IMG/VR virus record: IMGVR_UViG_3300033149_006574
Span: 12,652-76,651 of that record
Length of the DNA stretch: 64,000 nt
Strand: one strand, 5' to 3'
Source: a virus
Of this stretch, positions 47,976 to 58,468 are shown piece after piece. A model generated the notes under the pieces. The model made no database searches and had not been told where the DNA came from. It saw nothing but the letters and a program-made list of their open reading frames with translations. Position numbers and translations under genes: made by a program. Positions within the stretch are counted from its first letter, which is position 1. Every line of letters starts with the position of its first letter.

Positions 47976-49320
47976 CTAACTTTTCTGCATTATCCACAAC
48001 CCCATCATTATCGGTATCATAATCTGCCTTGAACATATCTCCGCCGACAAACTCTCCGCCAGCACCACCGCCAGTTAATTCAAAACCTCTCAAATCCTGA
48101 TAATACGACCCGTCTGGAAATGTCTGCAAAGTCCACGTATCAGTTGGCGAACCAGTGCATTTCACGATAACACGACAAATTAAAAATCCCACTTCGTGAT
48201 ATACGGAAGGAATTGTGTAATTAGATATTCCGTAAACATCTGCTATGGCATCGCTTTTCTTGTTATATTCCGTAGAATTATCTGCTGGAAGGTTAATCAT
48301 CAAATGACAGTATTTAGTCGTATCGGATAGCATTCCCCAGATAACACAGGGAACGTATTTGTTATTCCCTATAGATGAACCGTCGTGATAGACGGTAAAT
48401 GACGAAATCTGCGGTAATTCCGTCCACGATGATGAGGAAATTCTGTATTTTATCGTATCGCCAGAGGAAGTATCCAGAGCAGGAAACGTCCAGGCGTGCA
48501 TCTGGTAAATCGTGCCTTCGGTTACTGAAATATCATTACCAGTTATAGTTGGCTGACACCCTGAATCCCAGGTGGCACGCAGACGAATTCTGTCTGCGGT
48601 GAATCTCATATACTCGTCAATTTTTTCCTCTTGTGAATTCATAAGATATACCGTGACACTACTGCCAGAGCAAGAACCGATTAGTGCATTTCCTATCTGC
48701 GCATAATCACCTGAAATCGGATATGAAGTTCCTGTGGTAATATTTACTGAATCTCCATCAGGTGTAAGCCAGATATATGTCCAGACAGGTGCTGAATCTG
48801 TCCCGACCGCAAGCGTAACTGACGAATTCGGAACTACATAATTTTTGCCAGAGATATGAAACTCCGTGTATGTTGAACCCCCAACATCGTAGAAATACCA
48901 TTGTGGAGTCCCATCTATTGCTGTAATCTGATGATTTAAGCCAAGGTGAGATAAACCTTCCGATAGTATATTGATATGTTCTCCTGCCTCATCAAGGGCG
49001 TCCTCTACATCGTTTGATTCACCCCAACGATTATTAGTGTCAGAGACAGAAACATCAGAGGCAGAAACACCTACAAAATTATCCGCCTGTATCGTAGTGC
49101 CAACAATCAATCCATCCCAACCCAATATGCTCTTTGCTGTAGTAGTGGAAGGTCCAATTCGCATATCTCCTCGAAGATAAAGGGTCGCTTTCTCATCAGT
49201 TGTGCTAATCTCAATTCCATAATATTTCCCCACTGCATATACGTTACCGACAGCAAACAACAGAAATACAGCTGAGAGAGACAGAATTGCCCTTTTTTGC
49301 CATTTTTTTCTATTTAACAT
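47905..49320 (-). CDS. Fibre-like protein with Sec-type signal peptide
   Basis: SD GGGGG then ATG 49320; KKWQKR-hydrophobic-VYA leader; VEDALDE and GDMFKADYDTDNDGVVDNAEKLGG fibre motifs. Confidence 0.75.
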   Translation of the reverse strand: MLNRKKWQKRAILSLSAVFLLFAVGNVYAVGKYYGIEISTTDEKATLYLRGDMRIGPSTTTAKSILGWDGLIVGTTIQADNFVGVSASDVSVSDTNNRWGESNDVEDALDEAGEHINILSEGLSHLGLNHQITAIDGTPQWYFYDVGGSTYTEFHISGKNYVVPNSSVTLAVGTDSAPVWTYIWLTPDGDSVNITTGTSYPISGDYAQIGNALIGSCSGSSVTVYLMNSQEEKIDEYMRFTADRIRLRATWDSGCQPTITGNDISVTEGTIYQMHAWTFPALDTSSGDTIKYRISSSSWTELPQISSFTVYHDGSSIGNNKYVPCVIWGMLSDTTKYCHLMINLPADNSTEYNKKSDAIADVYGISNYTIPSVYHEVGFLICRVIVKCTGSPTDTWTLQTFPDGSYYQDLRGFELTGGGAGGEFVGGDMFKADYDTDNDGVVDNAEKLGGHTSDYFEPLRTKKWNYAIGRF

Positions 49321-49357
49321 ATTATCCCCCTTAAAATCGCAAAAGAAAATTGATATA

Positions 49358-50509
49358 TTATCCAATAATGCGAACCTCACTGCCAATTAATAGCTCTAGT
49401 TGCCCTATGTCAATATTGTAGCCAATTTTAATAATCCCGCTTTCGTAAGGCCTCGTATCCGTTGTCCACTTTCGTAAATTAGTTATTGATGCAGAACTGG
49501 CAATATAATTTTTATCTTCATAATCAACCTTGAAAAGGTGATTGTGAACGAAATAATCCTCTCTCGCTGAGGCAGAGGAGTTACCACGAATGAACACATC
49601 CCCTAAATAGAACTCATCTCCATCATTGGGAATTGTCGCATATACATATCCGCTATAATAGCACCAGCACCATCTTTGATTTATTGCATCATCTGTGTTA
49701 ATCTTTAATAATGTCGGAACCGAAGTACCAGGTAAAATACTATACGGTTTTGCAACAACAACCGGGGAAGATAATGTTGAAATTCTAATCCAATATTTTT
49801 CTTCTCCGTTCACTGTTGTTTTTATCCAATCATCTATTGAATCCCAATATATTCGTCCACCAGAAACAAAATTATCTGTATCATCGGTTACTGTGCTTAC
49901 AGGGGTTATGCCTGAAGCAATTTCTGTCCATATTGGTGTGGCCCCTTCCTGATAATACTCAAATTTTAATCCATAACCTGACCCAAGAGTATGAAAATCA
50001 AATGTGATAGAAGTAAATTTATTATCAGAGCCGATATAAAGATAATCTTCGGTAGTCCTTAAAATCTCTTGCTCAGTTTCACCCTCTTGAGACATATCGC
50101 TTGTAATATCGTTATAACAGGGCGTAGATAACGAACCTTGGTAATCAAATATTTTATCAAACGCTGTAATCGTTTCATTATCAGCTTCACCTCTATATGT
50201 AAGCAATTTATCATCAAAATACATCTGATTTTTTGTATTATGAGCAAAATCAGATAAGGGATATTTCCAGATAGAATAACCACCTTCCGCCCTTAGATGC
50301 GTCCAATTAGCAAATGTTGAAGAAGTATGTCCAAGCTCAACATTACGCTTGAATTTTCTGTTTAAGGATAAATCTGAATAAAGCTGGTCTATTTCATTTA
50401 AATCAAATGCTTTTTGCTCAATTCGGCCTTCTAATTCCTGGTCGTTATCAGAAAGCCTGTCTTGAGCATCTTTTAATGACTGATTAGGTTGTGTTCGCTT
50501 TATTGTCAT
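49358..50509 (-). CDS. Tail/baseplate structural protein
   Basis: DYLYIG..KF..I.F...G; DDT..F..G.I.W...DW....VNG..KYWIRI; tail context. Confidence 0.7.
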   Translation of the reverse strand: MTIKRTQPNQSLKDAQDRLSDNDQELEGRIEQKAFDLNEIDQLYSDLSLNRKFKRNVELGHTSSTFANWTHLRAEGGYSIWKYPLSDFAHNTKNQMYFDDKLLTYRGEADNETITAFDKIFDYQGSLSTPCYNDITSDMSQEGETEQEILRTTEDYLYIGSDNKFTSITFDFHTLGSGYGLKFEYYQEGATPIWTEIASGITPVSTVTDDTDNFVSGGRIYWDSIDDWIKTTVNGEEKYWIRISTLSSPVVVAKPYSILPGTSVPTLLKINTDDAINQRWCWCYYSGYVYATIPNDGDEFYLGDVFIRGNSSASAREDYFVHNHLFKVDYEDKNYIASSASITNLRKWTTDTRPYESGIIKIGYNIDIGQLELLIGSEVRIIG

Positions 50510-50518
50510 GATATTCCT

Positions 50519-52831
50519 TTATACAAATTGTATCTCTCGCCATCCAGGCGTTGCCTGCAAGGCATCATATATATAGAATTTTTTATTAACTGTATCTCGC
50601 CAAAACATACCATCTAATGGTGTAGCCACCTGAGTGTCCGAACATTCCATTCGCATTTTTAGCCCTTGATAACCATTAAAATCAATATCTCCCCCCAATA
50701 TTGGATGATAAAGAGAAATCTTTAGGTTATCCTCTTCTGAAATATGTATTGTTGCACCATCCAATTCTTCAGAATTTATGTAAGGATTTTTGTTAAAATT
50801 ACAATTCTTAATATAAAAATATCCATTTCCTGATCTAACAGCTAAAAATATTTTATCATCTGATTCGAAAGTGCTTGATATTATATTCCAAGTGATAGAA
50901 TGATCATAAAATAATTCGGCAATTAAACAATAATTAGTACCTTTTACAATTGAATCTTGTATAATATTTGTATTATACCATGCTTTAATTTCACCACGGA
51001 TATTAGAAGATCTAATAATAAAGCTTCGAGCCTCTAATGAACCATCCGTCCCTATCCAATCATTCGATAAAAAATTAAAAATATTTAATATTACATTATT
51101 AATATTAGCAAAAAAGATTTTAGGTTTAAGGCTAGTAGGATTTATACCTACCACGGGATCTTCAAAACCAAAGTCCAAATCCGAAAAATAACAAGTAGTT
51201 ATATTAGAAGCATTAAATTGAAGAAAAATAGGACGATAAGTACTCATTGCTATTTGTATATCGGGGGAATAAATTTTTAAAGTAAAACTTGATAATTCAC
51301 AATTTTCATTACAAACAAAAATACCATCCCGATTTTCATTTGGAAAATCAATTCTTCGATAAGTAGTAGCAAAATCTGGAATAAAATTAATAATAGTATT
51401 TTGTAGACCAGCGCCAATAACCTTAACATTAGCTCTAATTTCTATAGGGTCATAGGGATTAAAAGGGCCATCTTCCCCGCAAATCCAATCATATTCCCCT
51501 GGTTGAATTCTTAAAATATGTTCTCCAGAAGTTTCATTATTAATATAATTAATAGCTTCTCTTAAATCATTAAAATCGCCCTCCTCTTTAGCTAAGATGG
51601 TAACATTTTTTGTTTGCTTAATCTTTCTTTGTCCTATAAATCTATCTTGAATTCCATTTTCATCTATAAAAACGGATTCTCCTATTTGTATATACCCTCC
51701 ATCGCCAACCTTTAAAGTACCCCCATCACCCAATTCAATAATCCCACCATTTGGTACATAAATATTTTGTCCTAATATTCCACCTAATGCATGAACAAAA
51801 CCTTTTAAAGTAACAGAAAATGCTTTAATGTTCCCCAATTTATCTATTTTAAAACCAGAAACACCTTCTTCATAATTAGCAGATTGGATTCCATCCTCAT
51901 TAATTAAAATGCCCCCAAATTCACCGCTTTCTGCATTAATCTCTCCTCTAACTTTAGCATTCTCCAGCTCTACTTCTCCTGTATCCTTTATCCTGAATCC
52001 TTTTACTCCCTCTTCAAAATTTATGCTTTCAATACTATGCCCGGTTATTTTTATATTTCCAATAGTAGCACCATCTTTACGATAGGAAGCAAGTAATTGT
52101 CCATTAGCATCATAAAAGAATGTTCCGTCTCTCGTAAATTTCGCCAGAGTGCTATTATCAGCACTTTTAATTCTTATCTCCTTAGAATCCATTTCAAGTG
52201 TTCCCTGAGTGTTTTTAATCTGTAATCCTTCAGAAAGTGTAATATCTCCTACAAGAGATGAAGCAAGAACCTGACGAAGGGTATTGCGAAAATAACTAAT
52301 TGTCTCGTCGTCTATGCGTCTATCTATGTCATAAAGCGCATCGCTGGATAACACTATGTATCCATTATTAGATGATTCGTCTTTATCCTGAGTAATCTTT
52401 TGAGTAGTAGTTGAAGGAAGGACAATCTTGCCAAGTTCTAGATAATCAGTTCTTTTAGTAGCACTCTGAACAATATCAAGATTAGAATTAAGATAAAGCC
52501 TTACAACTTTGGGTAAATCCGCCATTTCTATCTGAACACTTTTAGTATCGTCAGTTTCAATACATTTACCATTAAGAATCGCTTTTCCAGGCATTACATT
52601 GACTATCGCACTGGGAGGATCCGTTGCTTTTATCTCAAAACCTTCGGCTATACGATTGCCAACGAGCAATGCCATAGCTTGCGAAAGATTGTTAATACTA
52701 TCAGATATAGATTTAGATGTAACCTCAGCACCAAAATTGCCGGAAGGAACTGTAGCAATGCCAGCCCTTGGTTGCAATGCCTTTTCTATTTCTTGCTTAA
52801 TTAAGATGTAAAGATTTTTGCTTGTTTTCAC
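50519..52831 (-). CDS. Tail fibre/spike with beta-helix (pectin-lyase-like) domain
   Basis: Repeated S.N(F/Y)EEGV.GF.I; GDF.DL.EAI...IQPGEY...IGAG...T beta-helix entry. Confidence 0.7.
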   Translation of the reverse strand: MKTSKNLYILIKQEIEKALQPRAGIATVPSGNFGAEVTSKSISDSINNLSQAMALLVGNRIAEGFEIKATDPPSAIVNVMPGKAILNGKCIETDDTKSVQIEMADLPKVVRLYLNSNLDIVQSATKRTDYLELGKIVLPSTTTQKITQDKDESSNNGYIVLSSDALYDIDRRIDDETISYFRNTLRQVLASSLVGDITLSEGLQIKNTQGTLEMDSKEIRIKSADNSTLAKFTRDGTFFYDANGQLLASYRKDGATIGNIKITGHSIESINFEEGVKGFRIKDTGEVELENAKVRGEINAESGEFGGILINEDGIQSANYEEGVSGFKIDKLGNIKAFSVTLKGFVHALGGILGQNIYVPNGGIIELGDGGTLKVGDGGYIQIGESVFIDENGIQDRFIGQRKIKQTKNVTILAKEEGDFNDLREAINYINNETSGEHILRIQPGEYDWICGEDGPFNPYDPIEIRANVKVIGAGLQNTIINFIPDFATTYRRIDFPNENRDGIFVCNENCELSSFTLKIYSPDIQIAMSTYRPIFLQFNASNITTCYFSDLDFGFEDPVVGINPTSLKPKIFFANINNVILNIFNFLSNDWIGTDGSLEARSFIIRSSNIRGEIKAWYNTNIIQDSIVKGTNYCLIAELFYDHSITWNIISSTFESDDKIFLAVRSGNGYFYIKNCNFNKNPYINSEELDGATIHISEEDNLKISLYHPILGGDIDFNGYQGLKMRMECSDTQVATPLDGMFWRDTVNKKFYIYDALQATPGWREIQFV

Positions 52832-53337
52832 CCTAAGTTAGCCCCCCATTTATATTTATAACAATTTACGGGGCAATGCCCGATAGATGTATAACTAATA
52901 CCTGCAGAGTAAGAATTAGTGCTTCGTAAACATCCATCACCCAATAGTTCTCCATCTATGAATTGCTTTGCTTCATCAGATAAATTACAATGACTACCCC
53001 GTCTTATATGATTGGTTTCACTTCTAAGACGAATTGGAATGTGAAATCGTCTTATCCATTTTAATACAATAGGATGAAGTGTATTATATAATTTCGCTAT
53101 CTGACACATGCTTAATTTTTGATTTAGGTATAGGTCTTCTAGTTGCCTTTTTGTTATTTTAAATTGCATTCTTTTTTTGCCACTATTCCTAGTTCTAATT
53201 GGAATATAATGTTTTTCTAGCCAATAATATATTGTATTTGCACTTACATTATATGGTTTTGCAATTTCTTGGCAACTCAATTTTCGATTTAAATACCTAT
53301 CTTCTAACCAATTTTTATCCTTATATAATTGTTTCAT
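52828..53337 (-). pseudogene. Truncated LAGLIDADG homing endonuclease with tandem HTH repeats
   Basis: Two L.D.YLN.KLS..(E/Q)IAK repeats, FIDGELLGDGCL, then ends about 30 aa later. Confidence 0.65.
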
Positions 53338-53379
53338 TAAATTGATACCCCCTCTATTATTATTAAGGGATAAAGGCGA

Positions 53380-56300
53380 CTATCCATAATATGCAAGAAT
53401 AAGATTCGCCACATTAGAATTGTCAATTGATATTGATTCTATGAAATATAATCTATCTATTCCATTAATATCGTCTTTTATCCAAACAGTGTCTCCAATT
53501 TGAAGGTCGGGTCTTGCAAAACAAGTTGCACGGACCCGAGTAGTCCCTTTATAATATTCTTTCAATAAATCTTTTGCCCTTTTATTAATTCTTGTTTGGG
53601 TATTCAAATACTCATTTATATTATTATCTTTATAGAGAACATCTCCTACTTTTGATAAAATTCCCCTGGAATCATATAAATGTGTATCATCTTCATCTTC
53701 CTCATTCTCGCATAATTTAGCCTCGCCTACCAGTATTGTATTTTCATAGGCAGAAAATTCGGTTATTGAAACTGGCCAGATATCAACTCCGCCTATAGTC
53801 TTCTTTTCTGCTTTATTGAGAACTATGCGTAAATATCTTGCTTTAAATTCTTCGCCTAAATCTTCAAAATTTTTAGTTTCTCCTGCCCCAATTGAAAAAT
53901 TATTGGCTTCTTTACAAATAGGATACCAATCTACATTATTCAGACTATATTCTATTGTATAAGTATTTGAAAAGTCATAATTCCTATCTCCAATTTTATA
54001 AAATCCTGTTGAAAAATCAATAATATCTATGTCTTTCTCTTCTTGTAAATCAAATGAAATTAATACTAATGAACCCGGATCCGTCTTATACCCGATTTGT
54101 AATTGCGTCAGCGGATTTTTGTCATGCAATTTATATCTATCTTCTTCTTGCGAATGTTCTGTGCCAGCATCTATCATATAAGCATTCAGGCTAGCCGAAA
54201 CAGATGTAATCTTTGATCCTACTATCATATCGGCACTATGAAAATATCGAAGGTTTGTCTGTAAATTAATTTGGTTAAATATTATTGTTCTTGGTGCCAA
54301 AAATCCAAAATGATATCTCCATTTATAATGCGAATAGCTATCGCCACTTCCTGAGTAAAGAAATTTTTCACCATAAACTTTTGTATTCATTGCTAAGTGC
54401 TGGTATGTTCCATTAAGGTAAAATGTGATAGTAATTATCGCAGGGTTAGGGGGATAGTTTTGATAAGGAATATTATTCGCAATTATATTACCATAAATAA
54501 GCCACCAGCCATCATCAGATAATAACATTGGCCAGGCAGGATGAGACCAAATGTCCATCAAAGAACTATTTGCGGGAGCATTGGGAGTTGTATATGTACA
54601 ACCTAAATATTTTACCCTACCATCTGGATTTTTAATTTCTGATTGCTGATAATATTTAGACCCACATAAAGACATTATATGATAAATCCATTCGTTTTTA
54701 CGAATTAAATTATCCTTTACTGTAATTTTTATTGGATTATTCGAATCAATTTTAATATTTCCGCTTGCTGTAATTTTAAAATCAGGATATACCCTTTCAA
54801 TTTCTTGTGTAGCCCAAAGGGGATAATATGCATAATAACCCTGTCCTACATCATCAAATTCTAATTTCAAATCACTAACATCAATTTGAGCATATATATC
54901 TTGTCCATCATAAAAAACAATTGGATAATCCTTATCAATATTGAGGGGGAATGTATATCCAATAAAAGCATCGTCTTTTTTAATTCTCCCCCATCCTGTT
55001 GCATTTTTTGTTTCATCAAACATTAATGAAGTCCCATTTACAGTAATTATTGGCTTTTGAGGATAATAAAGAAGAGTCTTATTATAAAGATAGGATCTTA
55101 ATTTGACAGACGGTATACCAGGCCAGGAATCATTATCGGTTCCATAAGGATATAAAGTAATCGTGGGGTTATCAACCAAAAAATAGCTTCCATCATAAGT
55201 AACGCCCGGATCCTGCATAACATTATGAGGATTATTACTCTTACCAAATACCTTAACGTGAGTATATATATCCTCATCCAAATTATACGATAGGCTTCCA
55301 ATAAGATTTAATTTATAATCAGCACCTCGATTAGAATCTAGTGGATTATAAATTTTCTGACTTAAATATCGCCCCCAGAGTTTATTATCACCTAAAGTCA
55401 TAAGCACATAATTGGGTGGAAGATATTGTTTCACGCTATTTATGGCCTCAAAACGATTCGCTATTTTATCAGCAGATAACCTTATAAATGGTATGGTAAT
55501 GCCCGAATATTGTAAGGTATTAAATAAGTAATTTTTAGTACAAATTACATTAGAATCGGAAGCAATCTCATTCTCTAATATTATATACCCCGCCTCTTCA
55601 TTTATTTCTGTAATACTTCCGCCACCGGCGGGAATACTAAAATCTCCCTCTGTTAAAGTATCTAAAATATTAGAGAAGCTAAGCCACCATTTTTTTGTAT
55701 TAGTAATATCTCTTATTAAGCTATCTGTACTTTTGCCAATTGCGTCGTTTAATGTTGTTTCAAAATCGCTATCACTATAAATAGTATTACCATATCCATC
55801 TGGTTCAAGGAGTATTTGCTTAATAACATCTTCTGCCCTCAGGCCAGTCGAATAATAGGAAAAAACCGCCCAAATCTCAAAATCATCTGTGCAAATAGGG
55901 GCTGGTAATATCAATTGTCCTGTTTCATAATTTATTTCAAAAGAATCCTGAATAGTCTTCTCCCCTGAGGTTTTTTGCACAATGCGAATTATTGGGGCAG
56001 GCCATGGGGCGATATTGTTTACTGGCACAAAATATGGAGTGGCACAAGTAAGCCAGTAACCAAAATCAAAAAATTGTGCAAAGTTAGATGGCAATGTATC
56101 CGGATGAGGGCTAGACTCTACTAATGGTACGCCTAAATTATAGCTTTCCCCTGGCATATCATGAACATCTACCTTCGTTCCCTCAATAAGACCTAAATCA
56201 ACATCTGTTTCTTCAGCCTTAACCAGAAAATCTAAGCAAGTAACTTCTATTATATCTTCAGCGCTTTTTGAAGATGGATTAACCTGCCTTACAACCCAAT

Positions 56301-56583
56301 TTGTTTCAAATGTTTCCTTAGACCCATCGTCAAGGATAATAGAACGCTGAACTTTAACATTATCTCCTTGTTTTACCTCTTTTGCCCCACCAACAGAGTA
56401 AAGATGTTCTCTATTTGCAATTTGCAGAACCAGTGATGCCACGCCAAAAGATTTATCAATAGAATAAGAGTAAGAAGAAGCATCGGGGATAACTGTCCCA
56501 TTTATTAAAACATTGGTTTCAATTACAATATTTTTCGAATTTATCTTATTCTCGGCTGATGTTGATAGATGTTTAAGACTCAT
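53380..56583 (-). CDS. Large tail-tip/baseplate hub protein with discoidin (F5/8)-like insert
   Basis: YTIEYS..NVDW...KARYLRI; C-terminal RPDLQIGDTV...YFIESI. Confidence 0.75.
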   Translation of the reverse strand: MSLKHLSTSAENKINSKNIVIETNVLINGTVIPDASSYSYSIDKSFGVASLVLQIANREHLYSVGGAKEVKQGDNVKVQRSIILDDGSKETFETNWVVRQVNPSSKSAEDIIEVTCLDFLVKAEETDVDLGLIEGTKVDVHDMPGESYNLGVPLVESSPHPDTLPSNFAQFFDFGYWLTCATPYFVPVNNIAPWPAPIIRIVQKTSGEKTIQDSFEINYETGQLILPAPICTDDFEIWAVFSYYSTGLRAEDVIKQILLEPDGYGNTIYSDSDFETTLNDAIGKSTDSLIRDITNTKKWWLSFSNILDTLTEGDFSIPAGGGSITEINEEAGYIILENEIASDSNVICTKNYLFNTLQYSGITIPFIRLSADKIANRFEAINSVKQYLPPNYVLMTLGDNKLWGRYLSQKIYNPLDSNRGADYKLNLIGSLSYNLDEDIYTHVKVFGKSNNPHNVMQDPGVTYDGSYFLVDNPTITLYPYGTDNDSWPGIPSVKLRSYLYNKTLLYYPQKPIITVNGTSLMFDETKNATGWGRIKKDDAFIGYTFPLNIDKDYPIVFYDGQDIYAQIDVSDLKLEFDDVGQGYYAYYPLWATQEIERVYPDFKITASGNIKIDSNNPIKITVKDNLIRKNEWIYHIMSLCGSKYYQQSEIKNPDGRVKYLGCTYTTPNAPANSSLMDIWSHPAWPMLLSDDGWWLIYGNIIANNIPYQNYPPNPAIITITFYLNGTYQHLAMNTKVYGEKFLYSGSGDSYSHYKWRYHFGFLAPRTIIFNQINLQTNLRYFHSADMIVGSKITSVSASLNAYMIDAGTEHSQEEDRYKLHDKNPLTQLQIGYKTDPGSLVLISFDLQEEKDIDIIDFSTGFYKIGDRNYDFSNTYTIEYSLNNVDWYPICKEANNFSIGAGETKNFEDLGEEFKARYLRIVLNKAEKKTIGGVDIWPVSITEFSAYENTILVGEAKLCENEEDEDDTHLYDSRGILSKVGDVLYKDNNINEYLNTQTRINKRAKDLLKEYYKGTTRVRATCFARPDLQIGDTVWIKDDINGIDRLYFIESISIDNSNVANLILAYYG

Positions 56584-57424
56584 AGGCGTATACCTTCTTT
56601 AAATCTTCCTCAAGATTTTTGTTCCAAATTTTCGGATCTTCCCCAAATTCCTTTAATTTATCCTCAAAGATTTTTTTATTATTATAATAATATTCATTCC
56701 ATTTGTTCCCTGATAAAATAATCCTGGTCGAATGGTAATTATGAAAAACAAAGCTTTTCAAAGTAACAAGAGATTTATATCCATTTTTTTCAATCATAAA
56801 TAAATCTAGCGTATCTTCGAAATTAGAGCCTTCAAAATCTTCATTATAAGGTAAATAAGCTTCTTTTCTTTTTAAAAATGGATGTTGTAAGCCTCTTGAT
56901 ATTTTATCCCGATATGTTTTCTGTGCAATGTCAGTTATTTCAGATTGTATGCTCTCAAAACCTTTATTCAAAATTTCCTCATCTCTTAAAGCATATTTTG
57001 GGCTACCCCAAAAACCCTTAGGAGTAATCAAGCCACTACAAATCATTCCTATTTTTTTCTCCTTATCCCTTTCCATTATTTCAACAAGAGGACTGAGCCA
57101 CACTTTCGGAAAAACCATATCATTATGAATTTCAATTATATAATCACAATCATAATGTTTTAAAAGATGGGAATTGGCAATATTTCTTGCTTTTGCTATC
57201 CCCTTATTCTCTGGAAGAGAAATAATATCAACTTCATTCTTAATATTATTTTTAATCCATCTTATAGATTCATCGGTAGATGCATTATCAACAATAACCA
57301 ATTTATAATTATATGATACTAAATCAGAGTTCAGTAGGCTCATAAGAGCAAGTCGAGTAATTCCAAACATAAATGGATATTCTTTTAAATTACAAAAAAT
57401 AAGCGAAATTCCTATTTTCAACAA
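56573..57424 (-). CDS. GT2 glycosyltransferase
   Basis: IVDNASTDES, ENKGIAKARN, HND, FED. Confidence 0.9.
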   Translation of the reverse strand: MLKIGISLIFCNLKEYPFMFGITRLALMSLLNSDLVSYNYKLVIVDNASTDESIRWIKNNIKNEVDIISLPENKGIAKARNIANSHLLKHYDCDYIIEIHNDMVFPKVWLSPLVEIMERDKEKKIGMICSGLITPKGFWGSPKYALRDEEILNKGFESIQSEITDIAQKTYRDKISRGLQHPFLKRKEAYLPYNEDFEGSNFEDTLDLFMIEKNGYKSLVTLKSFVFHNYHSTRIILSGNKWNEYYYNNKKIFEDKLKEFGEDPKIWNKNLEEDLKKVYAYES

Positions 57425-57429
57425 GCCTC

Positions 57430-58452
57430 CTATTTGTTTGATAAATATTTTCTACAATTAGCGGGAATAAAATCATTTATGTTTTTATCTGGCAAATATA
57501 ATGAAAAATAATCAGATAAAATCGTTCCTGCTCGATGTAGATAGGTATGTTTTTGATATACTTCTAATTGCCCCCATCTGGCAATATTTTGCCTTGCATC
57601 ATCATTGCTAAGATAATAATCAATTAATTGTATAGTTTCTTCCGGCGATTGGCTCCATTCCATGTGTCTTCCTTTGACAAATAACTTTTCAAATGCCTTA
57701 GTGTAATAACCTAAAGAAAATGTCCTGCATGCCATAATTTCGTAGGTCCTCATAGAAGTCTGGGTTTCTGAGCTCCATATTTGATTAACATTTAACGCAA
57801 TTTTTGCAGATGAATATGCTGATGGTAATTCTTCATAAGCAAGAGGTCCCTTAATTATTTCAGGGTATTTAAGCAAATTATATGGTCTATTAGCATCGTC
57901 CCACCAAATACCCCACACTTGAATTTTATATCCTTTCTCCAAAATCGGATTTAATAATATATTATATGTCTTTTCATATCTTCGGTCATAATTTGAACCC
58001 ACTAGTATTATATCCGTTTGATATTCTGGCTTTATATGCCATTTTCTATGAAATGAGGGCAAACAGCCAAAAAGTAAAACATCGCATGGTTTCCCTAATT
58101 GTTGATAATGTGGAATAAGTTCTTTACAAGTAGTAAACACATAGTCAACATAAGGAACAAACCATCTATCAGATTGTGATGTGTTTATAGGATCCTCTAT
58201 TGCCCAGTAGAATATCTTTAATTTATGTCCAAAATCTTTCTTTATTGCCGGAACAAGTGAAGAGTTAAAGCCAGGGAAGCCCTCAAAAAATACAATATTA
58301 GGCTCCCAATTGTTTATAACTTTATAAAGGACCTCTGCTTGATTATTATATTGCCATAATCCCATTACCATAACGTCTTGTTTTAATTTAACAAAACCTT
58401 CTGCCAAACCATATTTTATAAGTGGACAGTTATTAAGGAAAAGAATCTTAAT
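57430..58452 (-). CDS. CgeB/DUF3880-type GT-B glycosyltransferase; probable ATT start
   Basis: WAIEDP, D.VFTT, YSSAKIALN, RTYEIMAC, HTYLHRA; AGGAGGTGA 5' of ATT giving MKILFLNN. Confidence 0.85.
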   Translation of the reverse strand: MKILFLNNCPLIKYGLAEGFVKLKQDVMVMGLWQYNNQAEVLYKVINNWEPNIVFFEGFPGFNSSLVPAIKKDFGHKLKIFYWAIEDPINTSQSDRWFVPYVDYVFTTCKELIPHYQQLGKPCDVLLFGCLPSFHRKWHIKPEYQTDIILVGSNYDRRYEKTYNILLNPILEKGYKIQVWGIWWDDANRPYNLLKYPEIIKGPLAYEELPSAYSSAKIALNVNQIWSSETQTSMRTYEIMACRTFSLGYYTKAFEKLFVKGRHMEWSQSPEETIQLIDYYLSNDDARQNIARWGQLEVYQKHTYLHRAGTILSDYFSLYLPDKNINDFIPANCRKYLSNK

Positions 58453-58468
58453 GATAAATCACCTCCTT

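Noticed and set aside
52371-52381. 11-nt match (GATGATTCGTC) to the start of the predicted TnpB guide in a tail gene
   Set aside because: Match ends at 11 nt and the upstream bases (TTATTA) differ from the inferred TAM; plausible by chance.
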